From NCBI GenBank assembly GCA_043228905.1, contig JBHGNT010000016.1, forward strand, positions 17,360,001-17,424,000: a DNA stretch of 64,000 nt. The letters are read 5' to 3'. Origin of the DNA: Azolla caroliniana. Taxonomy: Eukaryota; Plantae; Polypodiophyta. The notes below the pieces were generated by a model. The model was not told where the DNA came from and searched no databases. It saw only the letters and a program-made list of their open reading frames with translations. How positions within the stretch are numbered: position 1 is the stretch's first letter; each line of letters begins with the position of its first letter. A program made the translations under genes and the position numbers. This document shows positions 1 to 11,505 of the stretch, in pieces.

Positions 1-2175
1 CTTTGTAAAATAAATGGGTGTTTAAGTTAAAAAGGGGTGATGATAACTTTATAAAATATAAAGCTCATTTGGTAGTAAAAGGATATGATCAAAAGAAAGG
101 AATTGATTTTGACGAAATTTTCTCACCAATTGTGAAATTCAGCTCAATACGAGTTGTGTTAGGTTTGGTAGCTAGTTTAAACCTTGAACTTGAACAACTT
201 GATGTGAAAACTGCTTTTTTACATGGTGACCTAGACGAGGAAATATACATGGAACAACTGGAGGGTTTTAAAGAGAAAGGGAAAGAATATTTGGTATGTA
301 GGTTGGAAAAGAGTCTCTATGGCCTAAAACAAGCACCGCGCCAATGGTATAAAAAGTTTGATTCTTTTATGGTGAATCAAGGTTATAAAAGAAAAAATGC
401 GGACCATTGTGTGTACATTAAACAATTTGAGGATGGTAATTTTATTATACTTCTTTTGTATGTTGATGATATGCTAATTGTTGGGCAAGACCTAAATATG
501 ATTAATTGGTTAAAAGTGGAGTTATCTAAGACTTTTGACATGAAAGATTTAGGGCCTTCTAAGCACATTTTAGGTATGCAAATAACTCGTGATAGAGAAT
601 CAAAGAAATTGTGGCTTTCACAAGAAACCTACATAGAAAGAATCCTCGAAAGGTTCAACATGCAACATTCGAAACCAGTAAGTACTCCTGTTGCCACTCA
701 CTTTAAATTGAGTAGGAAATGTTGTCCAATTACCGAGGAGGAAAGAGATGAGATGTCATCGATTCCCTATGCCTCAGCGGTTGGATCTTAAATGTATGCT
801 ATGGTTAGCACACGACCAGATATTGCACACATAGTTGGTACAGTGAGTAGGTATCTCTCTAACCCTGGTAAATCTCATTGGAATGCTGTAAAATGGATTC
901 TACGGTATTTGAGAGGTACATCTAAGTTGTGCATTTGTTTTGGAGGTTCTAAACCAATTCTTGAAGGCTTTACAGATGCAGACATGGCTGGAGATCTTGA
1001 TGGTAGGAAATCTACATCCAGTTTCTTATTTACTTTTGCAGGGGGAGCTATATCATGGCAATCCAAATTGCAAAAGTGTGTTGCCTTGTCCACTACGGAA
1101 GCTGAATACATTGCGGCAACTGAGGCTGGCAAAGAAATGCTTTGGATGAAAAGGTTTCTTTTAGAATTGGGTATGAGCCAATTAACTTATGTGGTTTTTT
1201 GTGACAGTCAAAGTGCAATGGACCTAAGCAAGAACTCAATGTATCACTCACGGACAAAACACATCGAAGTAAGGTATCATTGGTTACAATTGGTGATTGA
1301 GGAGCAAATGTTGCAACTAGATAAAGTTCATATTGATAACAATGTTGCTGACATGCTAACAAAGGTGGTTCCAAGGGAGAAGCTTGAGTTATGTGCCAAG
1401 CTTGCCGGAATGGAGATAAATTGAGACACAAGCAATTCTCTCCTTGTGTGACCAGAGGGGGAGGTTGTTAATGTATCCGGTCACTATTTTGTCTTTTCTT
1501 TTTTAATAATATTTATTATTATTATTAGATAGTAATATAAAACAAAAGGAAAGTTTTGTTTCTTTAGTAATTATTACCCTTACTTTATTTCTTTAAAAGG
1601 GTAAATGTAAGTTACGTGTTTTAGTGAGTAAAGAAAGAAAAGAAAATAATAATAATAATAATAATAAAGAGGAAAACAAAACAAAACGACCGTTCTTGTT
1701 TTGAGAGAGACAAAGAGAAGAGAGGGTGGAAAGGAGATATATATATATATGGGAAGAGGTGAGAACAAAGGATGAGTGTGAAGCATTGTGAAGCATAGAG
1801 AAGCATAGTCAAGCTTGGTGAAGCTTGGAGAAGCTTTGTGAAGCTTGGTGCTCAACTCATCTACTTCCAATATCTTTTCCATCTCCGCTACTCAACGTGA
1901 GATCTACATGGCTACTACTTCAACTTGTGGACGTTCTTATCCGGGTTTTCTTCTATCTCCTTTTCTCTTATATGCTTGAGAGATAATCTTATCCCTTTGG
2001 ATTATTGTACCATCTTTGTCGGTAGTACTATGCTACATATCTCTACTTATTTCTAGTATATCTAGAAGTAGAATTTGTACTTGTGTTGTATCTCTTTAGT
2101 GATAGTGGATTGGTTTTGGACTTTTGTCCTGTGGTTGTTCCCCTCATTGAGGGTTTTTCCAAGTTAAATCTTATT
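1..2175 (+). mobile_element. Ty1/copia LTR retrotransposon, 3' part (RT, RNase H, PPT, truncated 3' LTR)
   Basis: ORFs 18-791 and 792-1424 are in frame across one stop and carry QLDVKTAFLHG, LYGLKQAPRQW, LLYVDDM, FTDADMAG and RTKHIEVRYHW. PPT agagggggag at ~1454-1463, LTR starts TGTTA at 1466. Right end of the LTR is approximate. Confidence 0.92.
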
Positions 2176-2935
2176 TAAGCTTTGTTGGGTCATAGTGTGT
2201 GTTTCTTGTGTTCCTTTTTCATTATAATCGAGCATAAAACGTGACGCGTGTTACACTCTTACGTGTCTATACCTCATCACAGACAAAACTAGTAAATCAA
2301 ATTATTGAGGAAATGCTTTGACCATACATTGGTGCAAAACCAACAAAATGGGAAACTTATCTCCCAATTTTGGAGTTTGCTTATAACAGCTCCAAGCATC
2401 GACGGGATATAGTCCTTTTATGTTGATGTATGGTTTTCAGCCACGAGCTCGATTGATGTTAATATATATCATGATGAATTGCGAAGTACGCAAACCTTTC
2501 TTCGGGATATGCAAGATATGTTGCATATTGCACAAGACAATATAAAAACAGCTCAAGATAGAGTGTGCTTTTATGCCAATCATAATAGGCAACCTCGTGT
2601 ATTCAACCCTAGACAAAAGGTATTTTTACGTGTACCTCACAATTCTAAGACATTGTCTATGGGAAAGTGCGCTAAGTTAGCCCCATAGTTTTCTGGACCT
2701 TTTCAAGTCCTCAAACACATTGGTTAATCGGCCTATCGTCTCACTCTTCCTGAAGGCGTTGAATGTCATCCAGTTTTTCAGGTAAGTCGTCTAAAAGAAC
2801 TTCTAGGTTTTGGCGACAATATAGTTACAACTGAAACTCTGGTTACTTCTGAAGAATTATCTTCTAAACCACATGTACCAAAAAGAATTCTCGATATTAA
2901 AACAAAAAATCTGCGTACTAAAACTATCCGAGAAT

Positions 2936-3070
2936 CTTAGAATGCATTATTTGTGGTTTTCATAGTTCATCATGGCTAAAGCCATTGTAATGTTTTAGCT
3001 TAATAATTTCCTAATGTATCCAAAATTCTACTAATGAAGAATATTGGTTTTTGGAAAAATAAAAAATTAA
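2936..3070 (+). mobile_element. 135-bp A-tailed insertion with 8-bp target-site duplication
   Basis: ccgagaat occurs at 2928-2935 and 3071-3078. The insert ends aaaaataaaaaattaa, and removing it restores KTIRE-FKIKW of the chromodomain. Confidence 0.7.
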
Positions 3071-3198
3071 CCGAGAATTTAAAATTAAATGGATGGATAA
3101 ATCTATCAGAGGTGCCACATGGGAACGCGAAAATACTCTTTGAACTAACTTCCCTAACTTTCCATTGCAAGAGTGCAATGTTTTAAAGAGGGGGAGTA

Positions 3199-3659
3199 TG
3201 TTACGGGCATGCCGCATGACCATATAATATCCCGTGGTGAGAATTTACCATAGTATTCTATACACGTGGATAGGTGTGAAGGTTAAATGAGAGTGTAAAG
3301 AAGGGGAGGATTACTTTTAATCCTCAGGGTTGAGACAACCCATTAGGCCAAGTGTGAACTTGCTTGGGGGGCTTGGGTCTCACTATATATATGAGGCCTA
3401 ACTATCCTCATTTCATAATCTCTTGAATACGTTGAGACTCTGCTCTTGTGGTGGGTGAACTCTTATAGCGAGTGTGCCAACACTAGGTACGACTCGACGC
3501 GATGACGGTGGTATGGGACGCTGATCGAGGCTCGAGTCCGTCTCGATCCCTTCACTCGGGGGTGGTCGGGTGGATTGGCACCCTTCTTTCTCTCTCTCCT
3601 TTCTTATTTATCTATCCTTTATCCTTATCATATGCTTACATTAGATCATCACTCTAACA
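3199..3659 (+). repeat. 3' LTR of the chromovirus remnant (461 bp)
   Basis: Begins TGTTA directly after the PPT and ends TAACA (inverted termini). TATA-like tatatata near 3384. Confidence 0.8.
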
Positions 3660-4471
3660 AGAAATATAAAGATGGTTATTGAATAATCCATCAGAATCAC
3701 ATGTTATTCTTCTTGTTCTTTTTATATAAATGATCAGTAACATCGGGACATTTGAAACAGGTAAACTGTCGCATTTATTTTTTTATATTTACATGAGATG
3801 TCAAGAAATCCCTTTTTTCGTGAACTTTCAAGAACATATCACGTATGTGCACATGATTTTTTTAAATACCACTGAAATCTGCAATTAATAAGTTTAGGAT
3901 TGCAATATCAACATTCATGTATTCAATCTATGATAAATTTATCCAATCCTTAGATAAGATAACATGAATCCATGCAAGTATAAGGCTTATGTGTGTATAT
4001 TTGTGTCCAAGAATTATGAAGAGGGATATGTCGAGTTTGAAGTTAGGGTTTTAAGCTTATAACTAGAGAAATATTCGTAAAAGCAAATCTCACGAGATAC
4101 CTTGATTACAAAAAACCACTGCGCAAGTTATATGTTAATCATATAAACAAACGTCAATGCATAATCATATGAACAACCGTCTTGGCTTAATATCATTGTG
4201 ATTACCCAAAACTATTTTACTAAGAATTATGACAACATAAATCATATTATCACGATACCAAATATACTTAAACAATAAGTTCAATGACTCATACATAATG
4301 CCTAATTAACAAGAGTTCACCCATTCTAGTTGAAAATGACCAAGATATAATAATATCCCATCATTGTCCAAAACATAATAGAGTAAAAAAAAAATGTTAC
4401 TAGGAGATTGTACTCAAACCAAAAGTTGTCACCACCTTTCAAAATAAATTTCAAATCATACACGAAGCACT

Positions 4472-4518
4472 ATACATACATACATGCATATGTACATACA
4501 TACATACATACATACATA
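4472..4518. repeat. (TACA)n microsatellite
   Basis: Imperfect tacatacata run directly downstream of the methyltransferase pseudogene stop. Confidence 0.85.
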
Positions 4519-4524
4519 TATGTT

Positions 4525-6774
4525 TCATTCCATTAGTAAATTTGGAATTGACTGCTCTTGAAGATCAATTGATTGTTGTGTCATATCAGCATTTGCCTCT
4601 TCTGTTTGCTCAACTGAATCAAGGATATGTTCGGGCCGCAGTACATCCTCAAGATCAACAAGGTCCCCTGCTTTGTCTATAGGTTCCATCAGTTCTTTGG
4701 TGGTCAACTAGAACATCTTAGTTTCATTAATATGCTTTGCCCCAACCTCTTGATCTTGATCGGGATAATCTCAAATACCTTGGACCCTCATTTTAATGAA
4801 GTTGATTTGTGAAGGGTCCTTCTCCAAGGGGTCACGGTTCCTAAACATCTTTAAAGCACATGTAGTCGTAGTTCCTCAAAAAACAATCGTAATTGCGTAA
4901 GTAAGAAACCTATTATAGAAAAGCAATTTTATTTTAAGATAAATGGATTATGCTTGTAAGAATACATGTTCCAGAAAATAATTCCAGAACCCAATCATCG
5001 GGGTTAGAAAATGGATCAATCAATCAATGGGTTAATCACTATGGTTTCTGGTCGGGGTTCACTAGACTTTTCTCGCCAGAAACATGGCGAACCTTCTTCA
5101 TCATAATTGGGCACATGATATAATTTACGGCATTTTGCTCATTCACATGTGCTTGAGCCTTCTTCTTAGAAATTGGATCATAGTACCCCATGCACAAATG
5201 TTCCACAACGTTCACCATTCGATTACCCATGCTATGAGCTATATTCGTTTTAATCCGATTTCTATAATGGAATGGAAATAAGTAAATATCCTCATAGTTT
5301 CTATATAGTAAGTGCATTTGAAATCATATATTAATATAGAACAACTTGAAGTTTATCAATGCATGTGTTCAGTTGCATGGTATCTCGACTTTAACATAGT
5401 AGTGACCAATAAAGACTAACCCATACTATGGAATATTACGATTCGCCACAAAGGAGTGAAGGTCAGCTTTGCAATGATCGTCACTATCTTTTCTATTTGA
5501 GGATACTTATATGGCACATCATCATATGTGGATCCAGTTATTCGAAATCCATATGGTATATCCCTGAGGAGCAACGAATAATGCCTCTTGGGTAATATGT
5601 CAAGCATATTACCCACAAATTATTATATACAATGTAGTACAGATGGCGGAAAGGATCACCCTTGTGTAGAAAACGCTTCACTCTATCTGAGTCTTCAGGC
5701 ACCTCCAACTCCTTTCCTTTTATCATCCGTTTCATATTTTGTTCGTTTGAAATGGGTGATGAATGCGCTTGGTATGCCTTCATTACTATCACCCAATTTC
5801 TTCGAGCGAGGTGGTCTCTACAATTATCAGTTTGTACGAAAATACCCACTATCCTATAATCAATTAATATTATAGAAACACATACCCATTCTCTAAATAC
5901 AATAAAGAATTCTTCAAAAGCCTTGTATGATGATGTTTTTGGGCACAATTGCTCCACTTCTTCCCACATTGGCAATGACAATTTTTTCATCGTCAGCTCC
6001 TATATCTTCATGTACACCTTATGGTGAAAAACAATAATACAAAAAGTCAACTAACTTTTGGAATTCAGTAATCATTTTGTTTAAGCTGCATTCCTTGGCG
6101 GCCACTCGTGAAAGTATAGTATTTATTAATAATCTATCATCCTTTATGCCTTGCAATGCCCACTTCCTATCCTTAGCTAATTCTTCTACCACTAAGTCAC
6201 TTTTACGTGACTTAAACTTCATATCCACCTGAGGGTCCAACTTAGCCATCTTTAAATGTTGACCCTTGACCTCTTTCCGCTCCCACATACTAAAAATCTG
6301 ATCTTTAAGGTGCCAAACCTCCCTAGTTCTAAAAGTGAGCTGAAAACATAAGTCATACTTTCTTAGGCCTTCAGATCTCGTGCTTTCATCAACTGCTATC
6401 CCCACTTCTAGCAAACATTGTCGTCGCAATCTAGGATGTAGCCTAGGATCATATCTCTACAAAGCATCAAGTTACTTGTGATGAAAAAGCCTGATGCACT
6501 CTATACAAGACATCTTCTCTCTATAATCATTGTCATTATTGTGGTGCAACTTGGCTTCTTTATGTGTAAGACCGGCGTACACTTTACATTCTGCATATTT
6601 GAAGAAGGGGCTAAAGATATATTCCTTGACAAGTTGACGACAAGGTTCAATGGAGCGGGATCCTCCAATGACATAGTATGTATAATCATCTGCCGAACTA
6701 TAACCAAAGGCTGCTATAGTTGGGCCGGATAGTGGGATTCGACGTACAAGGTACTGTCCCACGGGCATGCCATG
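4525..6774 (-). pseudogene. ParB/Srx-like domain fused to beta-class N4-cytosine/N6-adenine DNA methyltransferase; intron-containing, decayed, 5'-truncated by an LTR
   Basis: N-terminal part YYVIGGSRS..CRQL..CKVYAGLTHKEAKL..HNNDNDYREKMS resembles ParB-N. Motif IV YSLLLRDIPYG (DIPY at 5551-5562). VNPDQKP..L..LIDPFSNPDDWVLELFSGT (QKP 5042-5050, FSGT 4967-4978). After a GT..AG intron (4965-4875) comes xTTTTCALKMFRN..LEKDPSQINFIKMRV, then an acidic tail to the stop at 4525. Several nonsense codons and frameshifts. Confidence 0.8.
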
Positions 6775-7190
6775 TGTTACCCAGCCGACAAAGGAGTTAA
6801 AGACCAGAATGTGAAAGGGATTGTTATTCAGAATCTATTTTTATTAAGTAGAATAGTGGGACGTGAACGGATGGACCGGAATCGGTATGCCGATCCGAAT
6901 CCGGACCGGTTCCGAACAGGTGCTAGTTGGCACCGTTTTGTACTCAGCACCGGTGACCTATATAAAGGCCCGGTTACAATGTAAAACTTTGACGGATAAT
7001 TAATAGAGCTTCTTGTTTTATCTTTAAGTGTTGATTACCGTTCTGTACTAATTGTTCTATCATACGCGTGTATCGAATTTAATGCCATATTGCTAAGTAG
7101 CCAATTAAGTCTGATTAATCGTTGTGTCTTAAGTTATCTCGCCGTAACACCCCTTTGGTGAAGTGCCTTCCGTAGACACCCTGTGTTAGG
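6775..7190 (+). mobile_element. Truncated gypsy LTR, same family as the LTR at 40190-40661
   Basis: Starts TGTTAC. Shares blocks with the reverse complement of 40190-40661 (cagaatg.gaaagggat, cggatggacc.gga.tc.gtatgc.gatccg, ccggtgacctata, cctttggtgaagtg...gacacc.tgtgttagg). Confidence 0.75.
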
Positions 7191-7194
7191 ACAT

Positions 7195-7500
7195 TGTCCG
7201 GCCATTAGGATTAACAGGGATCCGATTATGAATGAAGAGGACCCGGTGAGAACCGGAAGAGATCCGGAAACCGGATCTGATGGACCCAGTGAGAACCGGA
7301 AGAGATCCGGAAACTGGATCGGATAAACCCAGTGAGAACCAGAAGAGGTGACATATTTGTAAATATTTCCACGTAAACATCCTATGTATCCTCTATCGTT
7401 GGTTTGTGTGTGTAAGTGCGCTCCCTCCCTACTTCCCATTTCTGTGTTTGATTTCCATCCAAGTGATTCAAGACTCTGTTGTAGCCGAGAAATATTCCGT
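7195..7500 (+). mobile_element. Internally deleted copia LTR related to 13691-14201 and 16507-17037, with ~44-bp tandem repeats
   Basis: Shares tccacgtaaacat...ctctatcgttg...ccctacttcccattt with those LTRs. The unit gtgagaaccggaagagatccggaaac is repeated at ~7240-7345. Confidence 0.7.
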
Positions 7501-9053
7501 GCTATTCTCTTGAGGATGCACCAGAGTCGATCACGCAAATGCATTCTTCACTTGCAAGATTTGCACTTGTCTGTTCACAAATGAACAAATGTTCTTCATC
7601 ACTCGTAGCAATGGCTAAAGTATACTTTTCTTCAGGAATCTTCCTAGGTTCGACATTATTACCGACACTCTTTTCCTTTTTAAAGTGTCAGTAGTCCTTC
7701 TTGAAATGTCCAGGCTTTCCACAGTAAACGCACACGAGCTTTCCTCGGGACTTCGACCTGGCCTGAGACTATTCTCTCCTTGGAGGAATCCTTTGCCGGT
7801 TCCTTCCTCTGCCGATGTGTTGAGTCAAATTTCTCCAACTGGACTAGCCTGACACCCTTTTCTTTCCTTCTCGCTTCCTCATTCAGGATGCTTGTCTTCA
7901 CCACTTGTAAAGACAAGTTCTCTTCTTCACAGGAGGTGTTGAGAGTAACCACCAGGTTCTCCTAGCTATCCGGCAGTGTGCACATTAGCAGGATGGCCTA
8001 CATAGCATCATCAAGGGGAAACTTGGTTGCAACAAGTTGATTTACATACCCCATGAATGCGTTGATTTGTTCGATGATGCTCTCATTGTCTCTGTATTTT
8101 AGCCATACGATCTTTCTCATCAATGAGGTTTTATTGAGGGCATTCTTCCTCTCATATAGACCTGACAGCTCTTGCCACATGCTGAAGAACACTTACATCG
8201 ATGCACTGTCGGATGGTGGCCACCGCCTTTCTGTTTAGAAGTTTCCATTACGAATCTAATACTGGTCCTCCATCTTTATCTTCCAGTCTGCATAATTCTA
8301 AGAGTTTAGAACTATCATTCTTGGGAAGCCACTCACACCTCCTTCCATGCTTGCACCTCATGCTTCGATACCAGTTTGTTAAGAAACGAATCGTCAATCC
8401 ACAAGAAAAGGATTATGCTAAAATACACAACTCTAATGCACAGAAAAACAATGTACAAAGATTTAACGTGGAAACCCTAAAGCAGGAGAACACCACGGAG
8501 AATGGAGCTTCGCTATACAATGGATATACAACAACGAGATCACACTACAACACTCTCCCTACATAGAGTTTACACAACCTGTTACTAAGCATAGCTATGG
8601 CGCCGCTCACTCTCTCACGTTGTCACACCCACACTCTTCTCTAATGCACTACACTACAAAGGCTCACCCATCTATCTCTATCAACTACTACAACATTTTC
8701 CCTAGGTGTATTTATACTAATACATAGTATTTGCTATTTACAAATGTAGCCCCTACTATACATCACTACTACTATTATCTATAATAATAAGTAGCTATCA
8801 ACTAACTCTAGTGTCGACTGTCCAGTCGGCCTGGTCATCGACCATCTAGTCGGCCCGACTAGTCGGTTGCGTCTTCGACCTAGATCTCGTTTCTATCAAC
8901 TCATCCAGTCGACTCTCATAGTCGATTTCCTTGCAGTCCACTCTTCAACCATCATTGCTCGGCCCGAACAGTTAGCTCCTCCTAATCTTTGACTATTGGC
9001 ATTTCTCGACTCGAACAGTCGGCTCCTCCCATTGGAGGGACATATTCCTAACA
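7500..9053 (-). mobile_element. Ty1/copia 5' part (5' LTR 9053-8377, tRNA-iMet PBS, degenerate gag)
   Basis: LTR has TG...CA ends. PBS tggtatcgaagc at 8373-8362. Gag fragments WQELSGLYERKNALNKTSLMRKIV and a zinc knuckle (tgcgtttactgtggaaagcctggacat). Confidence 0.8.
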
Positions 9054-11103
9054 GTTGAGCAGTCCTGAAACCACATGTTCCGATTGCATCTCTTGGAGCT
9101 TCCGGAAATTGATGTGGCCAATCCACTTGTGCCACAAGTCTATTTCCGATTCGACCTCCTGTCCTTTTGGTAACATAATGGTGCCAACATAATTTGTTTC
9201 GAGGATAAACATCTTCCCATCTTGGCACCCTTGCACGATGACTTTGCCCTCTGTTTCGATGGAGCACCCGAGGTGCGTGAACCGAACCTGCATCCCTTGA
9301 TCGACAATCTATCCAACTGACACAAGATTCTTTGTGATTGTCGAGATGTGCAGGACATTCATCAGCTTTCCCTTCTGCCCGACATGGTTGAGGGGAACCT
9401 CTCCAATGTGCTTGATGGTATGCAAGTTTTCGTCTCAGGTTTCGACCACCCTCGCTTGTTCCGGTTTTTCTAGATATGCAAACCACTCCACGTGGCTTGT
9501 CATGTGGTTTGACGCTTCAGAATCTACGTACCATAACTTGTTCGGTTTCGAGGTGTTTGTCTTCATCTAGTTAGCCTTGTGTTTCATCACAAAGGCTGGG
9601 CCTATTCCATTTCCGGAATTGGATTTTTTTGATTCCTCGGCGTAGTGCGAGCTTTTCCGGCTTCCTTGACCAGTCTTGCTGGATCTGGATTTGTCCGAAT
9701 CGGTGAGCTTCTTCCAACATTGTGGCCCTTCTTCTCTCTGTGGCCCTTCCAGCCATAGTACCAACATTCTATTACGGTCATATCTTGCCGGCTCGTGGCA
9801 CCACCTTGACTCCCCCTACTTGTGGACGGCTCGGAACTTTTGTCGGCACCATCATTGTGCCTCCGATTCTACTCTTGTCGGCCGCATCTAGGGCATGCCG
9901 ATCTACATCATCCGCCACAACCACAGGGCCGATCCGCCTCCGTGTACAACATCCTGCTGTCCGTGTGCGTACTTGTTGGCGCACCCGCGTGGTTCTCCTC
10001 TACTGGGAGCATTGACTGGTAGTCGAAAAACGAGGGCACATTCTCCCTTGTACAAACCTCCGTCTGGAATGCTCCGAACTTTGACGTTAGGTCCCCGAGA
10101 CAGACCTGCACAATCTCATCTTCCTCGATGGTCACGTTGATAGAGGCAAGTGAGTTGCAGATGTCTTTGATCCGAGTCGTATAGTTGGCCACTAACATGT
10201 CCTTCTGTCGAACATTGCTCAACTCTTGTCGGAGTTGCAGCTTCCGGGCCCATGGTACTTGCAGCAAAGACCTTCTTCATGTTTCCCCAAGCTTCCTTCG
10301 GCATCTTGGCGTCCTGGATATGGCTCAGCAACTGATCACCGACATTGGACGCGAAGTAGAACATAACTCTGCTTGTCGCTTGTTCCCAAGTTGGGAAGTC
10401 CTTGTGCCGCATCAGGTGTTGTATTGTTGGCTCCGTCGACATAATTCCAGTAGCCATGGCCCAATAGGTATTGGTGCATCTTGTACGACCAAGATGTGTA
10501 GTTGGATCTGTCGAGCTTCTCCGTCGGGAGTGAGCTAGCCATTCCTTGGTCCATATTTTTCTTTTGTTTGTTCTTTACCAAGTGTTAGGGTTTCTCTTCA
10601 GAAATCATTCATCGGTTGTAGAGGTTCTCAACCCTCACGCTCTTATACCATGTAAAAGAATATGATTACTAAAGCTAAGATAAAACTAGCTCAACCAAAT
10701 AGCAGCAGAATATAGACACAAGTTTAATGGAAACCTTACACAAGAGAGAGAAATAGAGTTAGATCAGAACACAACTCTATTCAAAATAATAATAATACAT
10801 TTTGTTGTTCTTAGTATCTATACAATGTCCTACATAACACTTTTTATACAAGTCCTTACAAGGACTGACAAAAGTACTGAGAGGTACTTCAATGCTCATA
10901 CGAGTGACTGACACTGAATCCTAAAAATATGCTTACGTACTAGGCTAGATCCTTAGGCCTCTAACGGCCTACTGGTTACAATCCAATTCGGCTTCTAGTT
11001 CCGGATACCAATCCGGACACCGATCCAGATCTTCGTTCCAGACTCTTTTCCGACTCTGGTTTATTCAGTCGAATCGGATCCGGTTGAGCTTGTTCGTTGA
11101 ACA
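9054..11103 (-). mobile_element. Ty1/copia 5' part (5' LTR 11103-10651, PBS, gag, protease, GAG-pre-integrase), interrupted at 9053
   Basis: PBS tggtataagagc at 10650-10639. EKLDRSNYTSWSYKMHQYLLGHGYW, ARKLQLRQEL, a WYVDS-type protease and LWHKWIGHINF. Confidence 0.85.
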
Positions 11104-11177
11104 ATACTCAAGCCCTAACTAAAGGACGTATTTACATTGGGATACAAAGTGGAAGGAGTCAGTCTTTTACACCAACA
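11104..11177 (-). repeat. Terminal fragment of an LTR of the family at 43288-43574
   Basis: atactcaagccctaacta...ggatacaaagt.gaagg.gt...cttttac..caaca matches 43497-43574. Confidence 0.7.
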
Positions 11178-11505
11178 TCGGACCGAGCCGGAGAGCCGAG
11201 GAGTTGCAGATAGGCGTCAAAGATCACACTACGTTGAAGGCTTAGGGCAAATCAAGACGAGCTCTTCCTTCGTAATGAAGCACAAGGCCAACTCGATGGT
11301 AGTGAACACCTCAAGGTCAAACGAGATGTGGTATGTGGATTCCAGCACATAGAACCACAAGATGAATCACAAGGACTGGTTCTCGACTCAAGAGAAGTTG
11401 GAGCAGCCGGGTGTTGTCGAAACTGGCGACAACACCCCTCACCCCATGGAACATATCAAGGATGTCCCTCTGAGCCATGTCGGCCAAAGAGGAATCATGA
11501 GAAAT
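11178..11505 (+). mobile_element. Copia gag-protease fragment
   Basis: FVMKHKANS...WYVDS...LEQPGVVETGD...HPMEHI, homologous to 9350-9600 in the opposite orientation. Confidence 0.75.

Larger units (their letters stand above)
2230..3659 (+). mobile_element. Ty3/gypsy chromovirus remnant: integrase C-terminus, chromodomain, PPT and 3' LTR
   Basis: Degenerate translation gives WETYLPILEFAYNS, GPFQVL...AYRLTLP...HPVFQVSRLK and a chromodomain (RILDIK...FKIKW...ATWE). PPT aaagagggggag at ~3185-3196. Confidence 0.85.

Noticed and set aside
4525-6774. Bacterial contamination as the source of the methyltransferase
   Set aside because: It has apparent spliceosomal introns, decay like the neighbouring repeats, and direct junctions with plant LTR sequence.
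6775-7149. Complete solo LTR TGTTAC...GTAACA
   Set aside because: Homology to the 40190-40661 LTR continues past 7149 to ~7190, and no target-site duplication flanks 6775-7149.
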